A stretch of 63,373 nucleotides of DNA, the filler included, from Rhizaria sp. SCN 62-66 (Eukaryota): assembly GCA_001724265.1 (NCBI GenBank). It is 10 parts of 10 records of this genome, joined end to end, with 100 filler letters (N's around TTAATTAATTAA, not from the genome) between each part and the next. Parts side by side here need not be neighbours in the genome. Positions count along the whole stretch, not along the records: positions 44,671 to 52,423 come from MEDY01000653.1; positions 52,524 to 57,658 come from MEDY01000654.1; positions 57,759 to 63,373 come from MEDY01000655.1; 7 more parts are not named here. The stretch is one strand, 5' to 3'. Below, in pieces: positions 47,367 to 59,983 of the stretch; within the stretch, counting starts at the first letter, position 1, and every line of letters starts with the position of its first letter. Under the pieces are notes generated by a model. The model had not been told where the DNA came from, searched no databases, and saw only the letters and a program-made list of their open reading frames with translations. A program made the position numbers and the translations under genes.

Positions 47367-48247
47367 ATAGTGACGAGGAAGATTTTGAACAAGCTTAGAC
47401 AATAAATATCATAGTATCCATATATTAAGGGCTGCAGTCTACTACAAAAACATACATCATAATTCAGCAAATAGAGCTACAAACAGGTGCAAATATGAAT
47501 AACAAAACACACACGTCCGATTCTACGCTGTACGTTCGTCGGAAAAGTACGCAGACACGCGCAGCGGAACACGCGGACGAGAGAGGAAAGCTACACAGCA
47601 GAACAAAAGAGAACACAACAAATAAAAGATGTGCGTGTCATTGTTACTACGCGCGCAAAGAAACTAAAACCACAGCGAGGCGTACCATGGACTGTGCCCT
47701 CGTGTACCAAAGTCCAAAAAGTCGCGTCGACACCGGAGCACAGAGCACTCGCCACTACCACTTTCCCCACTTGCCCACAGGACTGCAATTATTTCATGAC
47801 CGTCAAAAGTATCTAGCCACACCAAAGAGTTAAAAGGCAGCCGGTCTCAAGGTACAATCGTACCTCGACAGAGCAGGTCTGCGCACACAATCGCCGACGA
47901 GAAAAGCGTCGGTTCGTGGTGCTCGAATCGACCGGCTTTCTGTGCCAGCGATGGCCCAGATTCGTCAGTTAAAACATCATACCTACACTGCACCGTCACA
48001 AAACACTCCTTATAAGGGGAGACCTACAAGCGCGCTGCCAGCTCGTTGACCCGCTCATGGCGCCTGGCGGCACGAGCGGCCAGCGAGCGGCAGCTTGGAC
48101 AAAAAACGAACAAAGCGTTGTGATTGGCTAATATTCATCAAAAATTACAAAGACGATTTCCGTGGTCCAAAGTTTGGTGTGATTTTCACCAGATTTTCCA
48201 AATTTTTGATGGGACTAGGTGGCACGCACCTATACCTATACAGTATC

Positions 48248-48340
48248 AAGAAAGTGACTTTTATATAGCTCATATTAAGAAAGTGACTTTTATATGGCTC
48301 ATATTAAGAAACATACTTTTATATGTCTCATATTTCATAA
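48248..48340. repeat. About 29-bp tandem repeat x3
   Basis: aagaaagtgacttttatatagctcatatt unit, repeated with variation. Confidence 0.8.
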
Positions 48341-48397
48341 AGTGACATAAAATGATACATTTTTCATCCTTTTTATTCTTATTATACATTTCCTTTC

Positions 48398-50199
48398 TTA
48401 TTCGTTAACGTTAACGACGTTCTGCACCTCTGCCAAACTCTTCAGCACGTACGTCGGCCTATACGCAAACCTCCCCAAATCCTCAATCTTTGTAATCCCG
48501 CTCAGCACCAGCGCCGTATCCATCCCCGCCTCCAGCCCACCCACAATATCCGTGTCCATCCTATCCCCAATCATAAGACACTCGCTCGAGTGCGCGTGCA
48601 GTTTCATCGCCGCCGTCCGAAACATGAGCGCGTTCGGTTTACCCACAAAATAAGCGTTTTTGCCGGTGGCGCGCTCGATGGGGGCCACGAGGGCAGCGCA
48701 GGCTGGGGTGAAACCGAATGTGGCGTTGTCGACGCTGTCGCAGTTTGTGCCAATGAGGCGCGCGCCGCGCATGACGAAATTGACTGCGCGCTCAATCATA
48801 TCAAAGTTGTAGCCACGTGTTTCGCCGACGACCACGTAATCAGGGTCGACGTCGGCGCCAGTTAGAGTAAGGCCGGCGTCGGTGAGCGCCGATCGAAGTC
48901 CATTGTCGCCGATGACGTAAGCAGTTCCATTGGGTGTTTGGCTCGATAGAAACATGGCGGTGGAAATGGCAGAGGTGTGAAAGACGTCGGGGGGGACGTC
49001 GAGGCCGAGTCGCTTTAGTTTGGCTTGGATTTCGAGGGGTGTGCGTGCAGAGGAATTGGTTAAAAATAGATATTGTTTGTTGGAGGAGGTGACCCAGTCG
49101 AGGAATTCGCGCGTGCCGGGGAGGAGGCGGTCGCCGTGGTAGACGACGCCGTCCATGTCGATGATGAAGCAGCGTTTTTCTAGGATGCCTTCGGGGCCGC
49201 GAAGTAGTCGGGCGCGAGAGGCTAGAGGAAGGGAAAGTGAATAAAGTATAGTAAAAATGGATATTAAATAGGAACGGACCGTGCTGGACGGCGTCGTCGA
49301 GGAGGGTTTCGGTGTGGCGGCGGTTTCCGCCGTCATAGGCGTCGGCATAGTAGAACTAAAGGGGAGGGAAAGGGGAGGAAAAGTGGTTAAAATAAGGGAA
49401 ATTGGGGGTAAAATGAGGGAAATTGGGGCAGAAATGACGCAAAAATGATGGAAATTGGACCAAAAAAACCGAAATTGAACCAGAAATGAACCAAAATGAA
49501 CCAAAAATGACAAAAAATGAACCAAAATGAAACAATTGTTCAATTGTTCAATTTCAGAAAATAACCACGTACCTTTACGCGGTTCATTGTAGAGGTGAGC
49601 TGCTCGAGGTTTCCGAATGCGGGGAGGTGCGACACATTTTCTTTCAGGAATTCTGGTCCGATCTTGAACGGCAGGTACTTGTCGTGCTTTTTCAGGATCT
49701 TGATCACCGCCGTGTAGTTTAGCAGCGCATAGTTCCTCAGCGCGTTCATTTCGACGTAGAGCTTGACGATGTTGGCCTGCTCGGCCTTGCGATTGCTGCT
49801 CTCTTCAAACTCGGTCGTCGGGCTGCCGCTCGTGTCGATGAGCAGCTCGGCCTTGTGGGTGAGCTGGCGCTCCTGGCTGCGGTAAAAAGAGTTGACCTTG
49901 TCGACTTCGGCCTTGAGGCGTGAAAGAAGCGTGCGACCGGCGGCGTAATCGGCCTCGCCTTTGCCTTGCGCGCCTGCAGCACAGGATTAGACCAAGAGGG
50001 AATCAGATGCTGCGCACCTTCGGCTTCGATGGCCGCGCTCACATCCTTGATCTTTTTCTTGAGCACGTTGTATGAGAGGTACTGGTCCGACCAGTCGGGG
50101 TTAAGCGACGTCAGCAGCGTGGACCCTAGCGGATCCCAGGTCAGCCACGATGCCGCATGGAACCAGAAAAAAAAAGGCGGGAAACGCACCAAACCGCAT
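48398..50199 (-). CDS. SPX domain fused to HAD-IIA (NagD-like) phosphatase, 472 aa, five exons
   Basis: Exons 50199-50190, 50125-50018, 49973-49573, 49355-49280 and 49221-48398 total 1419 nt, all GT-AG and phase-consistent. SPX motifs MRFG..PDW..QYL.Y..LKK, E..KVN.FY and LNYTA..KILKKHDK. HAD motifs DMDGV, LTN.S, GKP and GDRMDTDI. Confidence 0.85.
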
Positions 50200-50853
50200 G
50201 CTGGGATGCCAAAGGAGACTGGACGACGCGGAGCGAGCTAGCAGGCGGGCACGCGCAAGCATGCACGGGGGAACGCGAGGGTTCCGTGCAAAGGCGCGAG
50301 GTACGCGCGGGCCTCCCTGGCTGATCGAAAGAGTGGCGTTGGGAGTGGTGTGACAGGCCACTCCTCCACACGAGACTGGACAGGAACGTGCAAACTGGCG
50401 TGCAAATCGAGCACGTGTCTGGTTGACTGGACGAAAGCCAAAATGGACTTTGGCGGGATAGAGAGCCGTGAAAGAAGGTACAATACATGCATTCACACAA
50501 TAGAGAGAGGTATTTGTGCTGCGAGAGTCATATTTAGTTTTGCGTGGTTGATTCCTGATCGCGGGACCAGATGCATGCCAGAGATCACGAAAAGATGTGT
50601 ACCAATGTACTATGTAAAATCGAATGTTGAAACTAATTTTTTTCGTGATACTAGCATAGAAACGTAGCAATAGTATGTACGTTTCAAATAATTATACTTG
50701 TCTCTTTTGCACAGCAGCTCCAAATATTTCATCTCTACCACCACATCCCCACTATCCGCCACTATCCAACATGCATGATGACGTCACATAGTGACGTCAC
50801 ATCTCGAAAGTTTCGGTCTTTCCCTCTTTGCCGCCCACGCGTATCTCTGCGCC

Positions 50854-52423
50854 ATGGCGTCCAACTACGAGGAGGATGAGTCTGCCGAGGCCGTCGAGAT
50901 CCCCGGCCTCTACCAGCACGACTACGACGGGGACGGTACGCCATTCTCTCTAATTGTGTCGCTATTTTTCCTTTTTTCTTTGTATATTGATCACACTCCT
51001 TTCCGCCGGCAGATCTCGATGAGGCCGCCCCCACGACGCTCGACGTGAACCGCCTTGATCCCGCCGTCCGGGCGTTCCTTGTGCAGTTCCGCCAGAGCAT
51101 TGTTGACCAGAATGTCGCCGACATTCAGGCCGTCTACGAGGGCACGTTTAACAAGCTCACTGAGCGTTTCTTTGAAAAGACCCCTTGGCCCGCCTGGGAG
51201 GTCGTGGCGCCCGTCGTGGAGCAGGATGGCGTCTTTAGCTACCTCTACAAGGAGCTCTACTACCGCCACGTGTACTACAAGCTGAAGCCGACGCTGGACC
51301 ATCGCTTCAAGTCGTTTGAGAACTATTGCGACCTTTTCCGTTACATTCTCCGTGCGTCTTTCCTCCCTCTCTTTTCATCGGGATCCCATGCTCATTGGCG
51401 TGTTGCAGAATCCGATTCTCAGAATGCGGCGCCCGTTCCCCTCGAGCTCCCCCCCCACTGGCTCTGGGACATTATCGACGAGTTCATTTACCAGTTCCAG
51501 ACTTTCTGCCAGTTCCGCGCCAATCTCGAAGACCGGACTGATGCCGAGATCGAGATGCTCAAGGAGAAGCCCGCCATGTGGAACGTGCACAGCGTGCTCA
51601 ACATTCTCCACTCGCTCATTGAAAAGTCGCAAATCCAGGAGCAGCTGATTGCCATGCGCAATGGCACTGACGTGGCGTGCGCATCATCCTTTTTGCTTTT
51701 TCTGCCGACACTGACTGTGCGATGATGATGCTAGTGAGGCGGCAGGTGAATTTGGCTCGCGTCAGTTGTATAAGATGCTTGGTTTCTTCTCTATCATTGG
51801 TCTGTTGCGCATCCACTGCCAGCTGGGCGACTACTACCTGGCGCTCAAGGTCGTGGAGAACATTGAGCTCACCAAGAAGAGCTCGCTCATGCGCGTCACA
51901 GCGTGCTACGTGTCGGCGTACTATTACGTCAGCTTTGCGTACGTGATGATGAGGCGCTACAAGGACGCCATCGGGACGCTCTCGCACATCCTCGTGTTCA
52001 TCTCGCGTACCAAGCAGTTCCACGCGCGCTCGTACCAATACGAAATGGTACGAAGAAAATCAGGATTATTGTTGAATATGTTGGATGTTTATTGTATATA
52101 TTTTGCTGTGTTTTTGTGAATGTTTATATTGTTTTTATGTTGATTTTCGTTATTTTCATGTCATTCTGTGACCTTTTTTTGGTTTTTTTCCGTACATTTT
52201 CTGTTCTTTTTCTGTACTTTTCCTTACTTTTCCTTACTTCCCTGTACTAACAATCCTCTAGTTGATGAAGCAGAATGACCAGATGTACTCTCTCCTCGCC
52301 ATCTGCGTCTCCCTTTCCCCCCAAAAGCTTGACGAGCACGTCGAGAACGCCCTGCGCGACAAGTGCGGCAAGAACCTCGAAAAAGTCCTTCAAGGCTCTG
52401 ACGAGTCCATCTTTGAGGAGTGG
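50854..52423 (+). CDS. EIF3L: Eukaryotic translation initiation factor 3 subunit L (spliced, 3' truncated)
   Basis: LYKELYYRHVY, NYC.LF, LELP..WLWDIIDEFIYQFQ.F and LYKMLG.FS.IGLLR.H..LGDY motifs across several GT-AG introns. Confidence 0.93.
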
Positions 52424-52523
52424 NNNNNNNNNNNNNNNNNNNNNNNNNNNNNNNNNNNNNNNNNNNNTTAATTAATTAANNNNNNNNNNNNNNNNNNNNN
52501 NNNNNNNNNNNNNNNNNNNNNNN

Positions 52524-53693
52524 GTCTTTTTGCGCCACGAGACGCAAGTCGACTTTGAGTGGGCACTTCAGTGCTTTCGTCAAGTGCTAGGCGTGCACGA
52601 GCCGTTGGTCTTTGTGACCGACAAGGACATGGCGTTGATGGGGGCCCTGCGCGCCGTGATGCCGGACACGGCGCACATGCTGTGCATTTGGCACATCAAC
52701 AAGAATGTGCTCTCCCACCACAAGACCCTGACGAGCCAGTTCTTGGCACTCGGCGTGTCGGAGGCTGCTGCGTTCAACTTTATGACTGACTATGCCGCGT
52801 TGGTGCGCGCGACGACGGAGCAGGTGTACGAGGAGAAGCTCGCGGAGATGAGAGCAAGGGGGGGCCAGGTTTACCAGGCAACCCTGCGCTACGTCGAAGC
52901 TGAGTGGCTTCCTCATCGCGAGAAGTTCGTGAGAGCGTGGACTTCCCGCAATCGCCATTTCAATAACGCTGCTTCGTCCCGCGCCGAGGGCATGAACAAT
53001 GTTGTGAAGGGAGCGCTTGGCCGTCGCCAAGGGTCCATTGCGACGGTGGGGGCCGCTCTTCTCCACGTGATGGCCGACGAGTGGAGAGTGCTGCAGCAAA
53101 CCATTGCATCCGATTCGATTCGGGCGCCTGGTTTTGCGACGCAGGCTCAGAACATTATCCTCTTCAGAATGGTATGCATGACTTCCGTATTACTATTGTA
53201 TACTAAAACAAAACGAGTATAGATTGTGTACCGCGTTTCCCAGTATGCGCTGATTATCATCTACAATGAACTCAGGAAGCTGCGCTCACAGCGCAACCTG
53301 CCGGCGTGCACAGGATCGATTAGCGCTATCTTTGGTTTACCGTGCGCGCACCGCATCGCCGGTTTCATCGCGACGAGCTCGCCGATCCCGCTCGAGGCCG
53401 TCAGCCGCCAGTGGCATCTCCAGCTGGCCAACGAGCAACTTGAGGGGCCCATTCGTGAGCCCGCCGTCTTGCGCGCAAGAGGCCGCCCGCCGAGTACGGC
53501 GCGCAACGCCTCGCTGTTTGAGATTGTCGACGCCATCGCTGCGGCTCCCGCTGCGCCTCCCGCTACGCCCGCCGCTGCTCCGGTTGCTCGCCGTCCGCGC
53601 GCCATCACATGCAGTCTATGCCGTGCGACTGGCCACAACGCCCGCGGCTGCCCACAGCGGGCGTCAAGTTCCTCTGCGCCCCCTTCATCCTAG
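52524..53693 (+). CDS. MULE (Mutator) transposase, C-terminal part
   Basis: VTDKD.AL..A, LC.WH..KN, S.AEG.N, GLPC.H and zinc knuckle CSLC..GHN...C. Intron 53172-53222. Apparent stop is TAG. Confidence 0.88.
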
Positions 53694-53951
53694 AAAGCAG
53701 ATCGACGGTTAGCATGGATTTTTATCACCCTTTCTTGCCTGCTACCGCCCAACCATCCTTTCAAACGTGACTCTATCTTCCCCCTTTATATGTCCTCCAC
53801 CTTTATATGTCCTCCACGCGTACTGTTATCCTCCTTACTATACTGTATGGCACAGCCCAGTTAAAATGAACCTTTACTGTTTCTCCCAGCTTCCACTGCC
53901 CCTGGCAGCAGCGCAAAACAAATTTTATTGGATCTGGATCGACTTCGATCT

Positions 53952-54000
53952 GGATTGATTCTCATTTTAGACAAGTACTTTTCTCATTTTAGACCTACCC
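53952..54000. mobile_element. Probable MULE terminal inverted repeat
   Basis: ggattgattctcattttagacaagtacttttctcattttagacctaccc lies downstream of the transposase. A near-identical copy is at 58588-58636 on the next contig. Confidence 0.65.
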
Positions 54001-54977
54001 TTTGGTGTATAAAACTACGATGTTTGAGGTATTATTAGGGTTAATAATGGGTATTGGATATGCAAAGAATAGCGATCCTAGTGTGCGGGCGGGCGACAAT
54101 CTGTCACATTGATTGAACATTGTGCATAAGCCGCTCACTCGGCCCCCATCCCACGCCTACAATGGCACAATTTATTCAAAAGTTACCAATGCCATTGTCA
54201 GTTACAAAATGATGTTCCTGATCACGCGTCGGCTGCATCACGATCAGCGCTGCATCCGGGCAGCATCACGATCATGCTGCGATCATAAAGAGACACTAGT
54301 TAAGAACTCGTAGCCAAATAAAAAACCCCATATCAACAGGCTGTTATTTTGGCCGGATCTTGCCTACAATATGGTGGCGTTCCGTCCAGATCCCACTTTG
54401 TTCCTTCACTGGCCACGTCGTAAAAAGTTGTGTGCAACCGGTTGCACTCTCTGATCCGATCTGATTTCTGCCTGATTTTGTCTGATCAAGACGACTTATC
54501 TGCACCCTCTCGCGTTTAACGAGCTGCAGAGCGGCCCTAAGCCATGCCAACTTGTCACACAAGTGGCCATATATGTTTCCTCACTTGTATACACACTGCT
54601 ATCACGAGTTGGTTTATTAAGCAGTTCAATCACCCACGCGAGCTTTTTTGGTTCGACATCTGTTGTACACGGTGGTTACCACGCGCTACCTAATTGCAAA
54701 GCGGTGACGTGAATGGATACATGGGCATTATGGATGTTGATGCTATTGTTTGTACTATGCAACAAAATATAAAATAAGTATTATGATAATTCCAAAGGGG
54801 GGGTGTATTAATAAACGTGGTGGCCTAGCCACCAAGCTAAGTACTTGCGACCATCGATGAACGCCATTCGTTACTCACCAAACCAATAAAAATAGTGCGG
54901 TAGGAAATTAAAAACAATTAGCCAATTTCTTCAAAAACAAAAAAATACTGATACTGAATATTGACAAGACATAGAAA

Positions 54978-57658
54978 TCACGGTGCGTTGCTCGCAGAGA
55001 GTAAAGGCAAACTAACCATCTGCGCCTCAACTAAATCGCTATTTAAAATATCGCTTGTCGAAACGCTCGAAAGTTGCACTTCCCGCAGGGTTCTCAGACC
55101 CACCTTTTGGAGGCGGCTCACAATGTCCTCCACCAGTTTGATGTCAAGCATAGATTGGTGGCGTCGAATGCCAGTGATAGACCCAAGCGCTTCCCGCAAT
55201 TCCTTGCGTGCGGTAAATGCAGCAGAACCCGCGCTCCGGTCTGGAATGCGAACGTGGACATTTTTAACACCCGGGGAAAAAGGCACACCAGATGGATCAA
55301 TCGAGAAGAACACTGGGATAATGAGCGGATACGACACGTCATATATCTCAAGCCCGCGTAGTCGAAGAATTTCCAATACCCGTTGTATCTCGGCATTCAT
55401 CGGACCTTCCATGGCGCTCTTCCAACGATTCCGACGTTCTGCAAAGATCGCTGCTTCGCGACAGCACCATTTGCTTTTGAAATATTCCTCCGACAACACC
55501 ATCACGCAAATCGGCGCAGTCAAGCATAGTGTATCCATCATGGCGGTCGCATCGTATCCTGCCTGCAAATCTTCCTCGTCCAGGAAGGCACGAAAGCCTG
55601 CCGCGCGCAGTAAAACACTCAAATGGGACGCAAAAATACCTTTCTGCTCGCCCGCATGTCTTATAAACACATCACACTCCCCACGCATCGAGATTGCAGG
55701 ATCCAGCAACCCTGCGCCCTCAAGCACCACGCGCCAATTACAATTATGGGTACAGACATATCTGGAATCTATAAATACCTAAATGAACAAATGCTCCAAT
55801 GGCGACGCAAGCGTACCTTTCGTATGTTTACTGGGCGTGGCACCCTGAAAAATAGCCAATTCATCCAACTGAGTACGCTCGATATCTCGACGGAGGAGCC
55901 AATCATCGCACGGTACCGTGGCCGTTCCGTCCTCATTCATGTAAATAGCACGCGGTTTGTCATCGTCATCCCACTTTTCTAGCTTACTGCAAGACTGTAG
56001 GATTTCATCATAGGCAATTCCCGGGTAACCCTCCAGGCAGCGACGCACAGTGTCACTGATGAGTACCAATAGGTCCACCGCATGCTGCCGCCCGAACTTG
56101 GAGCCACGAACGTGAATCAACAGCCGCTGTCTTTCCACCTTCGGGCGTCCCTCGATGCCGGGAAACTCTGCTTTCGTGGCATGAATGCGGGCGTAGGTTT
56201 GCTGATGCTTCTTGGAATACATGATGGCCATGTTCTTCCATGGCACAAGATGTGACACCTTACCTGACAGCATTGCTGCAAGCACACCAAGCATCTCTTG
56301 AGGAAGAACATCCATGTCAAAGCCATATGCGAGCTCCAAGTCGATGGCGTGCGACATCGCCGGCCACAATGACTCAAGTTCCGCCTCAAATTCCGGGAGA
56401 AAATCAGGAAATACCAGCATCTCATCGTCATTCTCCTTTGCAAAGCATACGAGAAGACCCTTCAGGTTGGTAATCATGTCATCAAACAAGTCCTCCAGAT
56501 CTGAGCACGAATCCGACCATATTATCCTCAAATCCGTGACTGAAATTTCACCATTCTGAAAAAAATCTTTGTGTTCCGGACGGAAAAGCTCACCGAGCAC
56601 ACGCTGAGTCAAAAACGTCGGCTGTAGAATCACGTGATCCAGACCATCAATATAAATGACGCGGCCCCAGGAACTCAGTCGACACAACGCAATACGAAAA
56701 TCTTTATCATTAATCGATTCATGAACTGAAGACAGATCTATAATGCGAATAAGCAAAGAAGCACCGTATAAGGAACAGCATACCATATAATTCCTTCAAC
56801 GAAACCATAGGATCCTTACAATCTTCTATCGCCTCAAGCACGGCAGCATGTTCCTTGCTCATCAGGACAGGCACATCAGAAACAGCGAGGAGACGATCAT
56901 TCAGATTCTTGACCAAGTCCGAAACAAAACAGCGTGTAAGCTTAGCGGGTTTCTTATCGGTAGCCTCCGAGTGGTCAAACCGCACCGCGTCCAATGTCGA
57001 CGCGCTCATTTCGAAATGTTCCCAATCGTAACCAAGCATAGACATTTCAATACACTTTCGGACTTCTTTCTCACGAAACGCCAATTCAATGCCGACCGAT
57101 ACACCTTCCGCATCCAAATGTGTCCCCACGACATAAATGAATGTGCGCCGTTTCACTTCTTCCTCGAGATCTTCCGCCTTCGGAAGATGCGCTTTGAGGG
57201 TCCGCAGCCAATACATCAAATACATGCGAATATCCTCGTGCCTCTTGCTCGCATCATAAACCACCATGTACACTGATTGGTCGTGCAGAAAAGATGCCTG
57301 ACTGCCCACAAAATGACGATTATTTCCCAAATAGGCACGCTGTCCAGCGAAATTCCATGCAGAAACTTGGACACCATCAATATATTGCGTTCGTATATCA
57401 ATGCCATGCGTGCGATGCGGCAATGGCTTCTTGACAACAGCAGTCGCATTGGCAGCAGCAGCATTAGCATCAGCTGCATTGACAGCTTCGGCGGCGCATG
57501 TTTCAACAATTTCGCGAAGCATGTCATGCCACCGCTTGGCCTCCTGCTCAGTGCTAAAAGTGACATTTGTATCGCCAATCCACATCGATTTGCCTTGCAG
57601 CGATAGCGACAGCTCTGCATCCAAAGTAAACGTGGGATTCAACCACCCTTGCAATTGC
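54978..57658 (-). CDS. Roco-family protein: PH-like insert, Roc GTPase, COR and C-terminal TIR domain (5' truncated)
   Basis: G2 THGIDI, G3 WNFAGQ, G4 VGTHLD; COR V.L.P.FL; TIR CDVFI.H..., AFLD...L..G, VLS..YF.SKWC.RE. Introns 56783-56738 and 55816-55769 join the three ORFs in frame. Confidence 0.82.
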
Positions 57659-58824
57659 NNNNNNNNNNNNNNNNNNNNNNNNNNNNNNNNNNNNNNNNNN
57701 NNTTAATTAATTAANNNNNNNNNNNNNNNNNNNNNNNNNNNNNNNNNNNNNNNNNNNNAATTTTCGGATTTCCCTGAGGGCACACCCAATCGCGTAATCA
57801 CTGCGAATACAGTACTGTAGTACATTTGAAAATTTGAAATTAAACTCAGCTTCGCTCTCTTCGCAGAGAAAAATGTCCATAAGGAGGGGTGCGGTTCTTT
57901 CAATTTTATTGCCTCCAGCCACATATAGACACTATCCACTTAAATACGCACTGAGATCGTGGGAACACTGAACAAATTGTCTAAAAACAACGAAATCGTA
58001 TCACAACAATCAAACAGGGACAGACCAACCTCTTAACTACATCGTGGCTAATCCACTTGTGGCACTAACTGTGTCATAGTCAACCTGCCACCACTTCACC
58101 AAGTCGCGATATATATCCTTTTTCGGCCTCTGCGATTTCTTTTTATAAATAAGGAACTGACAAACTGCGAGCTCGGCAACCATGACGAGGACTTCGATGT
58201 GAGTGCGGAATCCAGTCCAACTGGGATTTCTTTTTGACTTCCAGTTTTGCCGTTGCGAGGGCTCGGCAACGAGATGCTGATTCCACAAGCAGTTCCACAA
58301 AAAGGGTCTTCTCGTATTCAAGATCATCCGGATTTGGTTGAGTGTCTGTCAGGTCAAGGTAGCGGATACGTTCCTGTAGTAGGGCTTCGAGACAAGCGAC
58401 ATAATCTTGGTGCAAAAATTTCTCTCCTTCCTTTAAACCAGAAGCCCACACACAATCGTCAGATGGACCTATAATGATGTCCTTTGAGAGTTTAGGAAGC
58501 CATCGTTTAGTTGCGTCCTTGTACTGGATTCTCAGTGTCCATTTACTTCGAAAATCAATTTTCATCGTGCAAAATCCAATAATCAATGGATTGATTCTTA
58601 TTTTAGACAAGTACTTTTCTCATTTTAGACCCACCCTACCAGTAATGGTCAAGAACTCCTCGCGAACTCTCGCCAAATGATCAAAATCGCGCGAAAATCA
58701 AAACAGATTTGAACCAGATTTGAACACATTATTTTTTGTGCATCCAGCATCGGCACTCTATACAAGCCATTAGTCACTAATATCCTTAATACATGGGCCA
58801 CTGTGCGGTCTTAAAGTCCCCGAA

Positions 58825-59928
58825 TCAAACCGGCAGAACGGCATCGTAGTGGTCCATCCTGACGCCGCGGCCATAGCAGCAGATGCGTCCGCCGACACGT
58901 ACATGGTTCACCGGATCTTCGCGGATGGTCCGACCATTTACCTCAAAGCATGCCAGGTTGAAGCGCTGCATGAGGGTGATCGCCGCAAAGTCGAGCAGAC
59001 GGCTGTCCCAGCGCCCGCTCATGCGTAGACGCCTGGCAGCGTGGCTCGCCGCCTCCTGGCGCAGCTTGGTTTGGTCCGTCGCATCGATCGTCGGGTCGTG
59101 CAACGTAAAGTCGTGCGTGATAAGCGTGACCATGGTGTCGTGAAAGAGATCGTCCGCTGCATGGCCTGTTACACGCGCGACTGCCGCAAAGAGGCAAAAT
59201 CCGTCCGCGGGCACCGGTTCCCGCCGCAGGCACCGGGAGGCAAGGTAGGCGTCGAGTCGAATGATCTCATAGTGCGCCTCCTCAATCTCTTCCAACTTGA
59301 AGGGACCTTTGCAGAGGCAACCTCCACATAGGGCATACGCATCCCGAGTGAGCGGAAGCCCATACCCCGCGCACGACCAGTGAAAGGCGTTATGGCAACC
59401 AGGCGCGCTGCAGCACCTCACATCGCCCAACCGAGCAGAGTCAAAGCGCTTGCACGCGCACCGAGGAGCACCCCGTCGCGCCTTTGAAAGCTGTGGTGCG
59501 CTGTCACCGCCGGCGTCCTCTCGATCGTCGTCATCCGACGCGTCGGCCCGCTCCAAGTCGGCAACAAGGCTGTTAAGACGATCTGTCTCTGCTTGAAGGC
59601 GCGCAACGCTAGCGCGCGCGTTCTCCAGTTGCTTCCGACTCTCGCTCAGCTGAATCTGCAATGCTTCGTGCGCTGCGTCCAGATGCATGCGCGCGCGGTG
59701 GGCGTCCAGGCGCTCGCGGCGAGCAAAGCGCTGGCCGCAAACAGGGCAGGCAAACGATTTCGTGGATTCGTGCTGCTCGCGCACATGGCGCTCGAGTCCA
59801 TAGCTGTTTTTGAACGTCCTGTGACACTCCGCGCAGATGTGAGTGCCTGCAAAGTGGCTGCGCAGGTGCCGAGCGTAGGAATTGATGGAAAAGCTCCTGC
59901 CGCAATCGGGACATGTTTTCGTCGACAT
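58825..59928 (-). CDS. C2H2 zinc fingers x3 + PHD finger + OTU-like deubiquitinase
   Basis: Three C-x2-C...H...H fingers, C.C...C....C...FHW.C PHD, and OTU motifs VPADGFCLF.AV and HYDAV. The likely start is MSTKTCPDC. Confidence 0.8.
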   Translation of the reverse strand: MSTKTCPDCGRSFSINSYARHLRSHFAGTHICAECHRTFKNSYGLERHVREQHESTKSFACPVCGQRFARRERLDAHRARMHLDAAHEALQIQLSESRKQLENARASVARLQAETDRLNSLVADLERADASDDDDREDAGGDSAPQLSKARRGAPRCACKRFDSARLGDVRCCSAPGCHNAFHWSCAGYGLPLTRDAYALCGGCLCKGPFKLEEIEEAHYEIIRLDAYLASRCLRREPVPADGFCLFAAVARVTGHAADDLFHDTMVTLITHDFTLHDPTIDATDQTKLRQEAASHAARRLRMSGRWDSRLLDFAAITLMQRFNLACFEVNGRTIREDPVNHVRVGGRICCYGRGVRMDHYDAVLPV

Positions 59929-59983
59929 ATGAAACTTCCAGAACTTTCCGCGCCCCCCGGAGGCGACACGCACGTCAAATCGC

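Noticed and set aside
53220..53222. TAG ending ORF 52530-53222 (and similarly TAG 60464-60466)
   Set aside because: These are 3' splice acceptors of about 50-nt introns.
55779..55781. In-frame TAG between COR and TIR
   Set aside because: It falls inside a 48-nt GTACGC..TATAG intron (55816-55769) that keeps the frame.
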